Shown here one piece after another: positions 1 to 15,525 of a DNA stretch of 64,000 nt. Position numbers and translations under genes: made by a program. Within the stretch, counting starts at the first letter, position 1, and each line of letters starts with the position of its first letter. Origin of the DNA: Syncephalis fuscata S228. Taxonomy: Eukaryota; Fungi; Zoopagomycota. The notes beneath the pieces were generated by a model. It searched no databases. It saw nothing but the letters and a program-made list of their open reading frames with translations, and had not been told where the DNA came from. The stretch spans positions 186,001 to 250,000 of the forward strand of contig JAHLTZ010000029.1 of assembly GCA_025786725.1 (NCBI GenBank), read 5' to 3'.

Positions 1-575
1 AGACTTTGACATATTGCTTGGCAGTAGCATCCATGGGTACTTCAAACATAGTTACATTAAAGACTCCGAGGTGTTTTATTTATAAGTAATGCTAGACTAT
101 TCTGCACTCAATATGCGGGTCTATCTTCTAGATGCTTGAGAATACATAGCTTATCTCTTCCAGCTTCACTTATTCGCTCACTTCCATTCACACGCACTCA
201 CTTTCTCGCCTTTCTTCACTTACTCCTCTCCACTAAGACTTAAATTGTGTCCTACCATCACGCACTAGCACATCACACCATCGCATTATCATCATAGGGA
301 AAGTTCATGTGGTCGATTTACAAACACGCACACAGGCACTCACTTTCTTGCACTCCACAAACTTGAACTTATTCATCTCGTCTTTTTTGTTATTCGGCTG
401 GCTGAAGCTTGCTTTTTCGCATTTCTCATTACTTGCGTTCGATTATCCTTCTATCTACATTCATTATATTTAGTAGACATTCCATAGTTATTATTCGACC
501 AGTTTAATATTGGGTTGACCGAGACGGCACCTACTTCAATAGTGCAATTCTCTTCTAATAATTGTAACAAGCGCC

Positions 576-2999
576 ATGGCACTATCGAAAAAGCAAGATG
601 AGCACCATCTAAAGTAATTGCTATTGAATATATAAAGAATTGCTATACTAAACTATGCTATTAGAGTGCTACGAGAGCTGTTGAAACTACCGGAGAATCG
701 TCAATGTTTCGACTGTCCACAACGTGTAAGTGTGCTCAAGACGGAACAAAGACAAGGTGAATCGTTTGTTAACAGTGTACTTTATTAGGGACCTATCTAT
801 GCCAATATGCTTAATAATACCTTTGTATGCGAGCAATGTTCGGGTTTACAGTAAGTAGGAGGGGGACAGTTTATGTTAAATTAGACCGGTTTAATTGATG
901 TTTGTATCACATTAGTCGAGAATTGACTCATCGAATTAAATCCATTTCTGCATCACGATTTACGTTTCAAGAAATTCAAGCGTTACGCAATGGTGGAAAT
1001 CAGGTATGATAGCGACAATGGCTATTTAATGCTTTAGTGTGTGTGTGTGTGTTTATTGATTGTGTTTATAATAAATAGAAAGCAGCAGCTATTTGGATGG
1101 CTAAATGGGATGACAAAAAGGACCGTGTACCGGCTGTAAGTGATGCCATTCTTATGCGAAAGTATCTACGGCATAAATACGTGGAACGACGATGGATATC
1201 AGATGCACATGAACATTTGTATGAGCCAGCACCTACTGCTCGCTTTTTGGAAAAGACATCTTCATCGTCGTCATCTTTAACTAAATATTATTCTAAAGAT
1301 GATGTTGCTATGCGTCGGATTGGATCTAATCCAAGCGATCTTTCAATTGGCAAACTGGCATCTAGTCCACCCAGTAGCCATGGCAATGTAAGCGATTCAG
1401 GCTCACGAGCCATTGCTATTCGCCAACCTGGCACGCCAACTAGTAAAAATGGGCCATTAAAGAAGATTGGTATTATTAACGTAAATAGTCCACATTCAGT
1501 TACGGTATTTGATCGCTATAATCCAGTAGAGCCAAATAAAGTGGATCAACAACGAGAACGTAGCCATTCCAATGCATCTACTCGGCAATCAGGCTATAGT
1601 GGTAGCAGTCTAGTGGATGATGATGATGATGATGTTAGATACAGATCGGCAGGCGGAAAAGGTCAACGGCCCACTGATTTGACTGTAGTAACACGGCAAT
1701 ACTTGCGAGACACACGGCCAGCCAATACAGCATCTAATTTACCTGAAAATGATCGTGATGGTCTAGCACGTCGTGGTGGTCGGAAAGAACTTGAATACAA
1801 TGGCTATGGTCTAGAGTATAGCGACGAACCAGTCGATGAGTTTTTTGAGATTATGCGTGAACGTGTATCGGGTACACGAAGACCATCCTCGGAAGCCTCA
1901 TCGATTCGTAGTGGTGGCAATAATGGCAATAGTCTAAATAATCCCTTTTCAAAACGATCACAAGGTAAGTAATAGCAATAATAATAATAATAATAACAGT
2001 ATATATATATAACTATATCGCTGATACTATATAGGCTATGATGGATCAAACCTACCATCCGCTTCTAGTAGTGATACTTATCCATCCACAGCGATATCTA
2101 CACCAGATGGTCAACTTATTACATTTGCTGAGTCCCCTCGATCAAATCGACCGGAATTGGTTAGAAATATGAATGCGGCATCAGTCCATTCAAAATCATC
2201 ACTTGACAGTCTACACACTCAAGTTGTTCGACCCAATATTGCCGCATTACAAAATAGTAATGCAGCATTTCAACGATCTGCATCAATGCCTGTTGTACCA
2301 CAAATTGCTTTTAATAATGCGAATATCAATAATGGACAACATTCACCATCTTTCTATCCATCTAATAACTGCCCTCCGGTCAATACAATGACACCGAATG
2401 ACTCGTCATCTATTGGTCAACACGGTCTTCAGCCATTGACGATTATGACCTCAGGTGCTAATCCTCATGGTATGAGACCGGGCATGGCTGGTAATTCATG
2501 GCATGGTTCACTATCAACAATGGGCGGGCCCATTAATGGTAGTAACAATCCATTTATATCCGTATCGCCGGTAAGCAACTCAAGATTTAATATGGCTTCA
2601 GCACCGGTGACACCTACACTCGACTACAATACAAATGGCAATCCTAATGTTACCAATAGTATATATGGCTATCCGCAACTCTCACCTCAGACAGTACAGT
2701 CACATACCCAGCCAGCATCTCCTATTGCTTATCCACCACGGGCAGCTACTCTACCATATGCCAGTGGTAATGGTGGCGGTGCTAATAGTAACACAACACC
2801 TACAAATGCTGGTCAACCTAACAATAACCCATTTATATTTAGTAAGTAGTTTATTAATATTATTACCAGCGTTGTCTAACTAGCTATTATAGATCATATG
2901 CGAGACGCACTATCAGGCCCAACGATACCTTCAAATGATTCTAAAATATACGCCGCTTCACCATCATCTCAACCTATTTATGGTCAGCCATGGTCGTAA
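576..2999 (+). CDS. ArfGAP-domain protein (AGFG1/Gts1-like) with NPF motifs, multi-exon
   Basis: Spliced exons from ATG 576 give MALSKKQDEHHL..RELLKLPENRQCFDCPQRGPIYANMLNNTFVCEQCSGLHRELTHRIKSIS (CxxC-x16-CxxC ArfGAP zinc finger). They continue into ORFs 1097-1972 and 2157-2849 with three NNPF motifs. The last exon ends GQPWS* at 2999. Confidence 0.9.
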
Positions 3000-3228
3000 T
3001 TCTTTCTGTTTTCTTGTATGCCTCTTATCACTAGCCTATATATATACACACACATAACAATACCAATAATAATGCTAACAATATCATTTATATTTATATA
3101 CTAAAGTTAAAATTTATTCTAATGATGAAAACAGTGCTTTAATGAATAGAAGGATAAATAGTATGTATTTTATCGCTCTAGATTCATTACTATTGTTGTT
3201 GTTGTTGTTTTTATTGCTGTTATTGTTA

Positions 3229-4305
3229 TTATACTGAAGAAATAGACTCGTTTAGTGCAGGCTTTTTACCATAATGACAGTAAAAGTCGCAGCAATATTG
3301 ATTCATATTGGCCTCCTCTCGAAGTGCTTCAATAAGTACACGGATATCATCGAGTGTAATGTTATTGACTGCGGCAAGATGTGGCAGTATTCCACCGAGA
3401 GCATGGTAATAATTAGCCCATGCAAATTTGCCCAACTGTCCTCCCCATTCGCCTACGGGTATTTGATAGACTTCACATTGAACTTCGTCAAGCCCGGCTT
3501 CTGTCATCAAATGACCAAGTTCATCGTTGATTTGAACATGAATGCCGCGCGCTTTTGCAAATGTCTCGACTAGTTTGTGGACTTGTTGACCGACAGGGCC
3601 TGAATTCGTAAAAAGAATATTTAGTTCACTGATTTCGACCCATCCACCTGGTGCAGTAACTCGGGCACAATCAGCAACGTAGCTCTTCCATTTTGACTGG
3701 GGGATGGCCATTGCTAATTGACGATGGTGTACAAAGTCGAAACTATTATTAGAAAATGGGATTTGTGCTATTAATATAATAGTCAATAATATTAGATATT
3801 GCTAACCAATAAGCGGGGCGGTTGTAACTTACGATCAATGATATTGGCCAATTCAAACTGGCAATTATCTGGTAGAGTCACTTCTGGGGAAAGTGGTAAA
3901 ATATCAACACTCATCAAATTACTATTTGAAAACTGTGAGGCCATTTTCTAATTATGGATATCAGGATATCAGGATAACAGGAATCACAGTGGGATTAGAA
4001 CAATGAAATACACCAATAGAACAGTCTATTAACCACCTACCAGCATCCAGCTACAATTACCAGATCCAAGATCTAGTATAGATTGCGGATACCTTATGGG
4101 TGCTGTGTATAACGAACCAGTTGCCATATCAAATAAAATATCTTGTAACACTTGTCTAATGCTATTGTTAGCTACTTTCCATCTTGATTACAGCACTTTA
4201 CCTGTCCATTTCTTTGAAATCGACTGGCAATGCATAGGGCGCGTTATGGGTATTTATGTAGCGTCTACCGCTAACATATGTATATTCGACTAATGAATCC
4301 CGCAT
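3229..4305 (-). CDS. SAM-dependent methyltransferase, LaeA-like family, multi-exon
   Basis: Exon 1 reads MRDSLVEYTYVSGRRYINTHNAPYALPVDFKEMDR. Motif I is ILDLGSGNCSW. The last exon has IPFSNNSFDFVHHR..PGGWVEISE..IPVGEWGG. Confidence 0.88.
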
Positions 4306-4802
4306 TATTGATGCTTAAACAACGAATAACAGTAATATATGTTACTAGAATGCTATAAATAACTAAAATGCTTGATTTGATGAGTTGCACTGAAAATGAT
4401 TTAAATGGTAGAACGAGACACAGCAACACAATATAAGATGTTTGACGACTAGAACAAGAAGGGAAAAGGTTTTATAACCAGGTCTAGAATGCTGCCTGTT
4501 TGCTATTAAACAGGCATCTGTTGAGGTGGCTTCTCTTCATTCAAGTCATTAGGATAAGCCGTTTATGCTTCATACCGGTTCTTGCTTTCATCCACATGTA
4601 CGCATGCCCATTAAACGAGTCGGCACAAGTACTACCATAACAGCTAAAACTCTCCTTGCCTCATGCAGCTTTAGCTGTTATGTTCGTATCGTTGCATGTC
4701 CCATTAGTAAACAGTCAGTAGATACTGGCAAATCTGAAACGACGTAGCATTGTAGTTAGTTTAGGGCACCACATATTAGCGAGAATACCAACAAGTCTTT
4801 AT

Positions 4803-6617
4803 TCAATCTGATACATTTTTAACATCATTAAGGCAAAAGTCTTTATAAGCTGTAGGACAAACAATCCAATCTTTAAATGAGTCAGTGGTAATTAATAGGC
4901 CTTTCACGTCCTGGTAAGCTGTTGCTTTCGTCTTGGCTTGTAAATAGGTTTCATTTGGACTGTTATTAAACAATGTAAGTATGTTTAAAGTTTTTACCAA
5001 TACTCATTGTAACCTACTTATCTAAAGGCACTATGGCGGTAAATGCCCGATAAAGCTGCTCTTTGCAAATGAGTGATCTATTTTTAGTAAAAGCACGAAA
5101 ATCAATTTACATAGACAATAGCACATTAGCAATGACGACATTACCGACTAGTAACGGAAAATTGTCCCATTTTATCGCGTGTAGCACCTTGCTTACGACC
5201 TTTAGCAAGAACTTCGGGCCGTACCATGCCTGCACACCAACCAATCGCTAGTCAATCTGCAGTTAGCCGGACAATAGCAGTATGCAGTCCATTACCGATA
5301 ATTACCATTAGCAGAGGAGAGTCGCTGCAAAGTTGGATATCGTACGGTCACCGCCGACTGACTCCATTCAAATGCTGTGTCACAGCTATGGCGCTGTAGC
5401 TGTGTATTCACTTGATAGCCAACCTTTCTTGCTCGATCATTCACTACGGATAGACAAGGATGAGTGGTTGGTTAGAATAGGTGGGTTGATGGTTTACGTT
5501 CGATAGAGGCAACGCGGTCTGTTAGTGCACGTTCCAATGCTCCCGAGTCAAATAGATCTCCGACAATAAGTGAAGTAAGATAGATGGGGGCTATTACGCG
5601 AGAGAGTAATGCGCCTTGTAGACCAAGTACTTGCCAACGAGCAATCTTATCACTAATCAGCAGTATTTGGATGTTAATACCAATAAAGGTTGTACAAACA
5701 ACTATTTAGAAGGTAGTTACCTACAAGACATGCATAGTGTCGGTTCAGCATCCACCCGACCAGGCTTTGTGCGTAACACGCCCAACTGTTCATATCCATA
5801 CCGGCCTCGTTGTAAATTTGATGTAGTTGGTGTATTTATTAATTCATTATTACTATTATTATTGGTATCATCAATTCGACGACGTTTACCAGTTTCAAAT
5901 GCCAATTGACTATCATTTGTTTGTATTGCGGCTAATGCTTCCATTGATGCATCCCACCTAATGATGTTTATTATTTAATTATGAATTATTTGCATATCAT
6001 TATAATACTTACATGGTGCTTGACTGATATACATATGAAATGTAGTATTTAGAGGATCTACCAGTGTAAATGACGGTACATTGTTATCATCTTTAATCTC
6101 GTTCTGTTTAAATAAAGATGGCTTTTGTTCAATAGCTTTTTAATCTCGTCTAGTAAATAGCTAATATGCATATACATCTACAGTTAAATAAAACAATATT
6201 ATAAACGCTCTTCTAGTAAACTTACCGTACAAAATAACGACGTGCCATAATCTCTGCATGTCCATCAAACACAACACTGCCATCCACTGGTAACTGACTC
6301 TCTGCCAAGCATTTTAAGCCAGTTCTATATTAGTAGCATAGTTAGTCGACGGATACTCGTTTTGTTATATAGTATCGACTTTACCCAAGAGCAACACATG
6401 TTATATTAGTATCCGGGCTAGGCTGACAACGATCACGACGACATACAACTATTCCGGCTAATACCGTCCACTCCACCTTTTGTCCGCGTACTACTGGTTT
6501 ACCCGATTTCGGCAATTGTTTCCAGCGATTCAATACTGTGTCAGCCACTTGCTGGGCAAACGGTGTGGACTCGATAGTCGCACTGGTGACGGTGCGTTTT
6601 TTATTTTCTTTTTCCAT
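4803..6617 (-). CDS. TAD1: tRNA-specific adenosine deaminase 1 (A37 deaminase), multi-exon
   Basis: Motifs [23 protein letters not shown] (Zn/catalytic), [33 protein letters not shown], and a C-terminal YLQAK..YQ..K..W. No dsRBD is seen. Confidence 0.9.
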
Positions 6618-6765
6618 TAGATTGACGAAAGAAAAGTAATGTGGCCTCGCTCTATGAATCCACAAGTTATTAAACGTGGCTTATGGCCACTTGTCAAACC
6701 AGACGGTAAGAAGCGACAGCTAATAGTAATAATAAACGATAATAGCCATCGATAATAGTAGTTAA

Positions 6766-7739
6766 ATGCAAGTCTTTATTGAATCAACAATCGCGATATT
6801 ATACAAGGCCAGCCACTTGTTGGATTCATCAAACGTCTTTATCGCGGCCCATAGCTATTGGACGGCCAAGTATAGCTAGTTATTCATTCAATTATCAGAG
6901 GCTACAACAACAACAACAACGTATTCTAGTGCGTGCCTATCACCATCGTGGTCCTTCTTTTTGGAAACAATTAACACCACTTTCCAAAGTTGCTGTTGTT
7001 GTAGGCGTCGGAGGAGTTACACTATTTGTATTTCCACCACTTTTGTTTATTGGTGGTCTAGGTTATGGCGTTTATCATCTAGCTAAACGTGTTAATGGCA
7101 TATCATCCTCTTCTTCTGCTAGACATGAAAAGAAACGGCCACCTGATGCGGAGGATATAATACGTAATTGGTTCCATCGACGTCCGCCTACTGCTGCATC
7201 CACCTCAGGAAGCGGTATGCATCCTTTAATGCCATTTGGTCCAATAGGACTGTTCATAACGGGTATAGCTCGTCTAGTACAAGGTTTAGCAGGATCGATA
7301 GGCCAGGTGAAGATACATGCTGATAAGACACACCGTGCTTCAATAGAACAAATTGAACACGTTCTATCAAGTAATTCGAATCGATCTGCTGAAAAAGCAT
7401 TATCGATCTTTTAGAAAACAACTCAATTAGTCATTACGATATGATTTACCGTATAGTATGGCGATGCAGCAAGAGACAGCCAATAGTTCAAATGGTCGAC
7501 CTATTTCTTTTATGGCTGTGGAAATTCGATTTGTTATTAGATCGCACCGTGGTGATTTATTAGCAGATGTAACGGCGATCGGTCAACCACGGCATAATAA
7601 TGATATTCATTTACAGCGACTCTATCTACAATCGTTACGTACAGGTCAACGACTCGAATTACCGTTAAATAACCGACATCGAGGCGGTGGTGGTGGTGGC
7701 AATGATAAAATCATTGATGCTGATTATCGTGTTTTATAA
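6766..7739 (+). CDS. Hypothetical membrane protein, probably mitochondrial (frame-disrupted)
   Basis: ORFs 6779-7414 and 7458-7739. The N-terminus is R/S-rich and acid-poor, there is a hydrophobic segment VAVVVGVGGVTLFVFPPLLFIGGLGYGVY, and the C-terminus is IIDADYRVL. The join between ORFs and the start need frameshifts. Confidence 0.55.
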
Positions 7740-8066
7740 GTGTCATTTTATTCGTTTAATAAATCAATTAACTAAATAGTTGTAAATAACCAAATTAAAT
7801 GGTTTATAAATATACTAGTACTAGTAATAGCCAATTAAATATTACGATGTATTTGCTAACAAAGTAAGCAAGTAAACAAATCAATTTAATATTTAATTAA
7901 ACAGTTCGTAAATCAATAACTATCACTTTTATGCCAATCAGTGCCTTATGTTTTGTTTTGTTTTTCCATCTACACAGAACGCGTCAATAGACACACACAC
8001 ACACACGGTCACTGCTTGTTTTTACTTGCCACGTCTACGATTCTTTCTATTTCTTTATGATTCAAT

Positions 8067-11000
8067 ATGGAAAAGACTAGGCTACAGTCTGTGGGTCATC
8101 ACTTTGATGCATCGGTACTTACCACGCATAGCGGTACCTTTGGCGGTGGTTTTGCCACAGGCCATCGACGACCACAATGGATTTATCGATACGATGCACA
8201 ACAGATCGAGGTGCGAACTATGAATAAATTGGCAGAGCATATATTTGCACGTATAACTACAAGCCAACTAGCGTGCGATCTAGCAGATGAAGTAAGTATT
8301 TATGCCACAATATGATATAGTTTTCTTATGTATGACGTCACAGTTAGAAATTGAATATGTGTGCAGTGCTACGCTCTGCAACCTTGACGTGTTGCTTATT
8401 TGCACGGCCGATCGCTTCTCTAATGAAAGTCGTCTATTTGTATACGATCCTTGTCTAGGACGTCAACGACAACTACCGTTACCAAAAGGCCGATCCATCA
8501 CCTGTGCTGCAGTGTCTGCACCCTTTCAGATTCAAGTAAGATACATGTAGCGATTAGATGCATACATTCACTTATATTCAAATAGACACCGTATGAAATG
8601 GAAGAAGAGAACCAGAATGAGGATTGTACAAAGACAATACAATTGCTACTGCTAGGCACTGGTACATCTGAAATGTATATTAATCATTTACTATTATCGG
8701 ATGATCCATTTGGTATAGATCCACTGCTGGATGCAAATGTAAGCTAATTCAATATTTATTATAATATAGTATTTAATATAATGTTATTTATATTAGCACT
8801 ATAAACGTCTTCCAGAATCGCATAGTGGTCCAATTACCTCGATTGCTTGTTGGACCGATGTGCTAACTGAACAGAAACCCTCCAATATTATATGCATTGC
8901 ATGGGGTACAAGCCGTGGTAAAGTGTTGCTAGTTGAGTATCATTTTAATCAAGTAATGTCCAATGGCAGTATTGAAGATCAATTTTACTATATTGAAGCG
9001 ATTGAAATAGCCGATCATGGTAAGTAACATATATATTATTAATTAATCATTGTTAATAAGCAACAATAGGCCAAATCACCCAGATTATTATTCAACCATT
9101 AGAAAATGGCGATACTATATCGGATAGTGCAGAAGAAGCATCAGATGATGGACAAAGTGATGTGGCCAAAGGATGGTATTGTATTGTGGCACAGGATGGC
9201 ACTCAGACACGTGGTAAACCGTATGTAATCTATTGTTGTCATAGACCGGCGATTAACGTATCAATATTAAATCTATAGATCTATAGTACCATTGGTCAGT
9301 GTATGTAAAACGATACCACAAAAGAAGAAATGGATGGCGGTGGGACATGTCACGCCATTTAGTGATAGTGCTCGAACCGGCATTTATGGACGAACACTTT
9401 CTATGGCTTAGTTAAAAGTAATAGAATTGAGCAGTAATAGAATGTAGTATAACTATCGAGTATAGAACAAGATGCTTTATTGCTCTATTCCGTCTATTAT
9501 GCCAAGCATGATCACCATATTGAAGGAAGTACAAGAATGGCTGTTTCGTTACTCGCGTCCAACGGTGAAGGTGTTCAGGCACATGTTAAACGATACAATC
9601 TTAGTAATTTGAATTCAGAACATTTTCTTGTTAGTAATACGTCAAATATAGCTTATTAATCTACACTTACTAAGTATAGCTATTTATTTAGACTATTTAT
9701 CCCGTAGAAACATCTGAAGAGTGTTTCCTCTTGTGTGCTGATCAAATGATATCAATGCCGGCCTCACCAGCACTCTCGTTAGAAATAGAAGATGAAGAAG
9801 AAACAAATCAACGTAAATTAGAACAAGCCAAGGTAAGTCATTATATTGACAGTATTGACATAAACACTAACAGCAATAATATTAATAAATTATTTACGTT
9901 CTAGATGGATTCTGATCATGCAATCGCTCTATTTAAACTATTTCCATACGATAACAAAACAAAAAAGAATATTACAGCAGCACGCAAACTATTTGGTGGC
10001 CATTTATGTATTGACCGTCTATTAACATTTGCCGGTGTTGAAATAGGCAGTCTATATCCACCAAGTAATGAAGGCCAATTAAAAAAGTTGATCTGTGCCA
10101 TTTACGAGTGTGATTTGGATCAAATTAAGAAAGATAGTATTGTAAGTAGTAACTGACAGTATAGATATGTAATTTAATTAATATCTATTTAGGTATATTA
10201 TTTGATACGTGAATGTCAAGATAATACAATTATCAATAGCTTTATACAAAGTCGGTCTATTCCACTGCCATATCAACAAGCTATCACTGGTTATTGGTTA
10301 CTGGACCACGAACGGTATAAGGTATAGATATGCATAATATACTATGTGTATTATAACTAATTATTATTATGATAATAATGGATATATATAATAGGAAAGT
10401 ATTACTTGGCTGTGTATGCCAACAGTTAGTGTTGATTGGCCCGATGACGTATTGGCCATTTTATGTCAATCTCAACTGTACAATTTGGCTGAACAATTTA
10501 TACAAATGAGACAATGGAAACCAAGCTGTTTGACTGGTGTACAGCGCTTATTTGATACATTATTACATACCGATTTATTACAAGCTTTATTGTTACAGGT
10601 AATATATGATGGATATAATATGAATTAATAGAATCTAATATTGTTATACTATATTATTGTTAGCGCCAATATAGTGGACATGAGGTTAATGAACACGGTC
10701 AACTATTTACACAATTACTCGACTATTGCTTTAATGGTAATTACACTATTTGTTTAATTAAATACTTTGATACCAATATTACTATAATGACAATTAGGTG
10801 AAGATATGAAAACAAAGTTAAATCAACTAATGCGTGCAACATTGAACAAAGAAGAAGAAAAACAACTGGCCGAATATTGTGAAGATTTCGAAGCACCTTA
10901 CCGTCTAGATTTTCTTATCATGTATCATGTTCATCATATCAACTATGTAGAGGCTATACAGCTGAACGAACGAGCACGACAACGGGAGGATCCACGACGT

Positions 11001-12843
11001 GCTGTTAGTAGACAAGTAATGAGAAGAAACGCCATTATTGAGAATCTACGTTCTTTACTACCGCGTGTACAGCGCAATGCCATGGAGGTGGGCATGTCTT
11101 TAAATCAAACACTAGGCCAATCATCTCAAAACCAACATTTTCCACTAGTTACACCGCTGTTATCTTCAGTATCAAACGCACGTCATTTGCCACCAACGGC
11201 ACTATCTTCATTGATGCAGTCACCACATGGATCCTATGGACCAGGTATGGGATTGATTCGACATAGTATAGTTGTATATACTTACTAACTAAACTAACAC
11301 TTGATAATATTAACATGAATAGTTGTAGCGAGTGGTTTACCGCCTTTATCAACATCCAAAGATATCAACCAAATTGAAGGTCAATCAGCCGAGGAAAGTG
11401 AAATCAGTTTGTTACGAGTTATAGCCTTGCACCAAGCACGACAGCAGTCACCTCATTTAGCATTGAGTCAACTACTAGAACAAGAACAGCAACAGCAACA
11501 ATCTACGACGTCAGTAAATAAGTTTTCTTCTTCCAATACTGCTAGTGCAGAAACAGCTAACGTATCAGCACATAAGCGTAATCAATCTAATACAAGCAAT
11601 AGTGCTGCAAAACGTGTTCAATCGCCTGAATGGTGAGTCAATATCATTAAATCAACACTGTATCTAATTATCATTTATTAAACAATAGGGCCAAGAGAAT
11701 GGATGCATCATTATCGCCAGTCATGATAGGACATGAAAATGAAGACTCATATAGTAATGATACAGCAAGTAATTATCAACGACGTAAATCCACGCCATTG
11801 CCACCACTACGACGCAATTCACCATTTCCACCTCGTACACCACAATCACCACACCAAGACTCATCGAATGGATCTCGTAAGTATATTGTTATAGCTGTTA
11901 TATATCAATGATACTGAGTCTTTGAATAATTAGCCCATCCTTCTGGTCTAGCATCTAGACAACTACGTGCATCACAAAGGTAAGCATTTATAATTAACTA
12001 GTTAATTATATAACCAATAATATAATATTATATAGACGTGGAAAGGTTAATACAGCCACTTCTTCGGCAACCATTACAAAACATCAATTAATCATGTCAG
12101 AGGATGAAGAGGAAGTGACAGAAACACCAACTCGCAGATCACGCGCTACAAAACACACAACCACCGCTAGTTCAGCTATTACACGATCTGCAAGAAGACG
12201 GCCTAATATAAGACAGCGTGGGGATACTGATGATATAACCCGTACACCTGGTGCTTTTCCAACTGAACAGTCCACCACCAACATGACACCAGCCAAGAAT
12301 TCACGCCCACGCGCCCATTCGCCAAGAAAGAAGACGAAGACTGCAGCGGAACAAGAAGAACTTGTGAGCAGTCGTCGTACTACAAGGGCACGCAATTTAC
12401 CAGCTGTAGAGGATGAGTCCGAAGCATTGAAAAAAATGCCAAGAAATCCATCGTCTCACTTGATACGAAATGGCGATACGCCATGGCCGCCTCGTATTCA
12501 ACCACATACACGTCCACGTAATAATAATAATAATAGCAATAATAATAGCAATCAGCATCGTGGTCGGTCTGGCACATCAAAAAAAGAGATGGAAATGTCC
12601 ACCATGACGCCTAAGACAACACGGCGTACACGGACCAAAGAGTCTGTTGACATAACGGCAGATAACAATAATAACAACAACGGTCAAACATCGTCGCTTT
12701 ATCGCACTCCATCGAAAAAACCGGCTTCTTCTATGACAGAGATTGCCACTGATAATAACAGTACGCCTCAAAGACAAGTCAGGATGCTTACGCGAAGTAT
12801 GCGACGCGCCAATAATGCACATGGTTCAGGAAGCGATGATTAG
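8067..12843 (+). CDS. ELYS-like nuclear pore assembly protein, multi-exon
   Basis: LCIDRLLTFAGVEIGSLYPPSNEGQLKKLICAIYECDLDQIKKDSI-VYYLIRE and GYWLLDHERY match the fungal ELYS domain. The N-terminus is beta-rich and the C-terminal tail is long, basic and disordered. Confidence 0.8.
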
Positions 12844-13301
12844 TTTTAACTTTTTATTAAATTTCATTTATTGATTCAGTATAACTTAAAGTGTTTTAAC
12901 TTAATATAAATTATTATTATTATTATTGTATATTTATATATTCAATGTATAGATTTGTGTACCTGATCTTGGCCAAGACGTTATTGCATTGTTTTATGCT
13001 TAATAAATACTATATTTAACGCCAAGAATTGACATTCCTATTTCATTTATTGCCAAGTGATTTATGCATGTCCCATTTGGTCGCTCTATTAATACCTTTT
13101 ACAGTCATAGATTGTTTTGCAAATAATGTTGGTATGGTCTTTTCGAATGGCATGCATAAGTATATAAAGAGTTGTTTAAACGGAATTATCACAATGTTAT
13201 TTATTAACTAAAACACTTCTATTCTATCATTGCTACACACGCCTACACGCCTAATTTCTTATAATTGATTAACCATTTAGTCACTACCATTACCGCTTAT
13301 C

Positions 13302-14502
13302 ATGTCCCCAAATATCGTGTCGAAAGGTATCTATCAAGCCACTTCTGGATGTCGCCATCAACCATCACATATTGCATATCAATTGCATGGCACCGGTACA
13401 AAATGTATTCTATTAACACTAGGTAATAACATTAGTGTACTATATGAGCAATACTAACCACTATTATTATTATTGCTGTTATTATAAAGGTCATAGTGGC
13501 TTTCTTGGCTTTCTATTACCACAGGCTAGTTTCTTTGCACAACATGGCTATCAAGTGTGTATTTTTGAACATCGTTCCATTGGACATTCAAGTAAGTAAT
13601 TGATGGATATGATAGTATATACTATACTAATAGTTATATTTAGATGAATCGGATAAATCGTTTACGTAAGTATTGAATGTTAATTGTTTAATTAATTACT
13701 TATTAAACTATATTTTATTATTTAGTGTGATGGATATGGTACTGGATACTATAGAATTCCTGGATCACATCGGCTGGAAATCAAATATTCATTTAGTTGG
13801 TATAAGTTTAGGTGGCGTAATAGCTCAGCTTATGGCAAGCTATGATTCACAACGGTTCTCGTCCCTTTGTCTAACCAGTACTTTAATGAACATTGATTCA
13901 TCAACAGTGGGTTATTAAGATATACTTAACAACTAACTAGTATTGACGATGGTTGATTTAGTGCAATCTTAATTATAACTATTTTAGTACGCCTGATTAT
14001 TTTAATATGAATATTTATGTCATGTTTCCCAAGGTAAAGAAGTGATATGAAATATGGAATAATGATGCTGAACAAAATGGTATATAGCCTTGGCTTAATG
14101 CCCCATCAAATAGTGATTCAAATCAGACTAATTTAGAAGTTTTGGCTATGGTAAGTTATTACGCAGCTATATAAATTCATTATACTAATAGCCCATTAGT
14201 CCTTCATTGCTATGATTTATGGCGAAACAAATGGCCAGGAATATCAACCAGAAGCTAAATTAAAAAAATTCTTTATTAAAAAGGAGCTAGAGCAAATCCG
14301 TGATAGTAAATTACCCGTACTTGTTTGTACTGGCGATGAGGATATTTTAATAACACCAAATAATTCAAAGTTAATTGCCAAAACGTTAAATGTACCACTT
14401 AAAGTATTTAAAGAATGTGGTCATTTTATTGGTGTTCAAGAGGCCGATTTGTATAACAAAACATTACTCGACCACTTTCGTACTAACACATGTGAATTCT
14501 AA
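13302..14502 (+). CDS. Alpha/beta-hydrolase fold protein, multi-exon
   Basis: ATG 13302 (MSPNIVSKG..IAYQLHGTG), FEHRSIGHS, nucleophile elbow HLVGISLGG, acid VCTGDEDILI and catalytic His ECGHF. Confidence 0.88.
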
Positions 14503-15525
14503 ACATTCTGTGATTTATCTACTAATTCAAGCATGATAATATTCATTTATAATAAAAACTTATTTAAAATGAGTAAAAGGTTATATTGTTCTAAACTAAT
14601 GGAATACACTAATCCAACTTTTTTTTACATAACATTACTATTTGTTTTATATTGCCGCGGAGATGCATTGATGACAGGTTCCCACAGGTTGAAACCTCGT
14701 TACAGTACTTATATGCTCATATCATTTTACTTTAATTAAATTTACAGCTTTTGTCACCATTTCTTTCTTTCATTACATTAAACCAATATAAACATTTTAT
14801 CGTTAGTGTGCAATAGTTATTACCATTTTAAAATTTATATTATTTATTACTTTTAATGCGTACAATTATATTAAAAATATTACATTTTTACAATGGACGT
14901 ATTGTTAAAACTCGAATACTGTGGTTACGACGTTATGATGGCATAACTAAGAAATACAGTATGTGATTAAGAAATCTATTAATATTACATGTAAACAGAC
15001 AATAATACGTATATCAAATATCAGCACTAATTACTAGTAACAAATATGTTGTAGTTTGAATATATTGATAGCCGAATTTCACAAATTGTAGCTCCTCTAC
15101 ACTTTATATGGTTATACCATTTACATTTAAAAAGCTATAGAGTTATTATTATTTTCCTCATTCATATAATTTGACACCATATTATGCATAAATATCATGG
15201 TAAATAATTGTAATTAATAATTAAATTGGTAATGTAATTTGCTAATATTTTTGTAAATCATTAATAGTAAAACTAATTTGAACCTTTAAACTTTCAATAA
15301 TATTATGATTAATGCAATGAATTTATTTAAATAAAACTAAACGGATTAATGCTTCAAATCTATATAGCTTCATTATTATTTAACAGTTCCATTATTATAA
15401 GGCTAAAAGGTTTACAAGAGTAAAGCAAAAACTGGTATTAACAGACTAATATAAATAATCATTAATGATCCGTTAGGTACAGATTAAGCTATATTCTAAT
15501 AACAATAGCAATACCAACTTGAGTT

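Noticed and set aside
1037-1052. (GT)n and other microsatellites (also near 20800, 40602, 61498)
   Set aside because: They are ordinary short simple repeats in introns or intergenic DNA.
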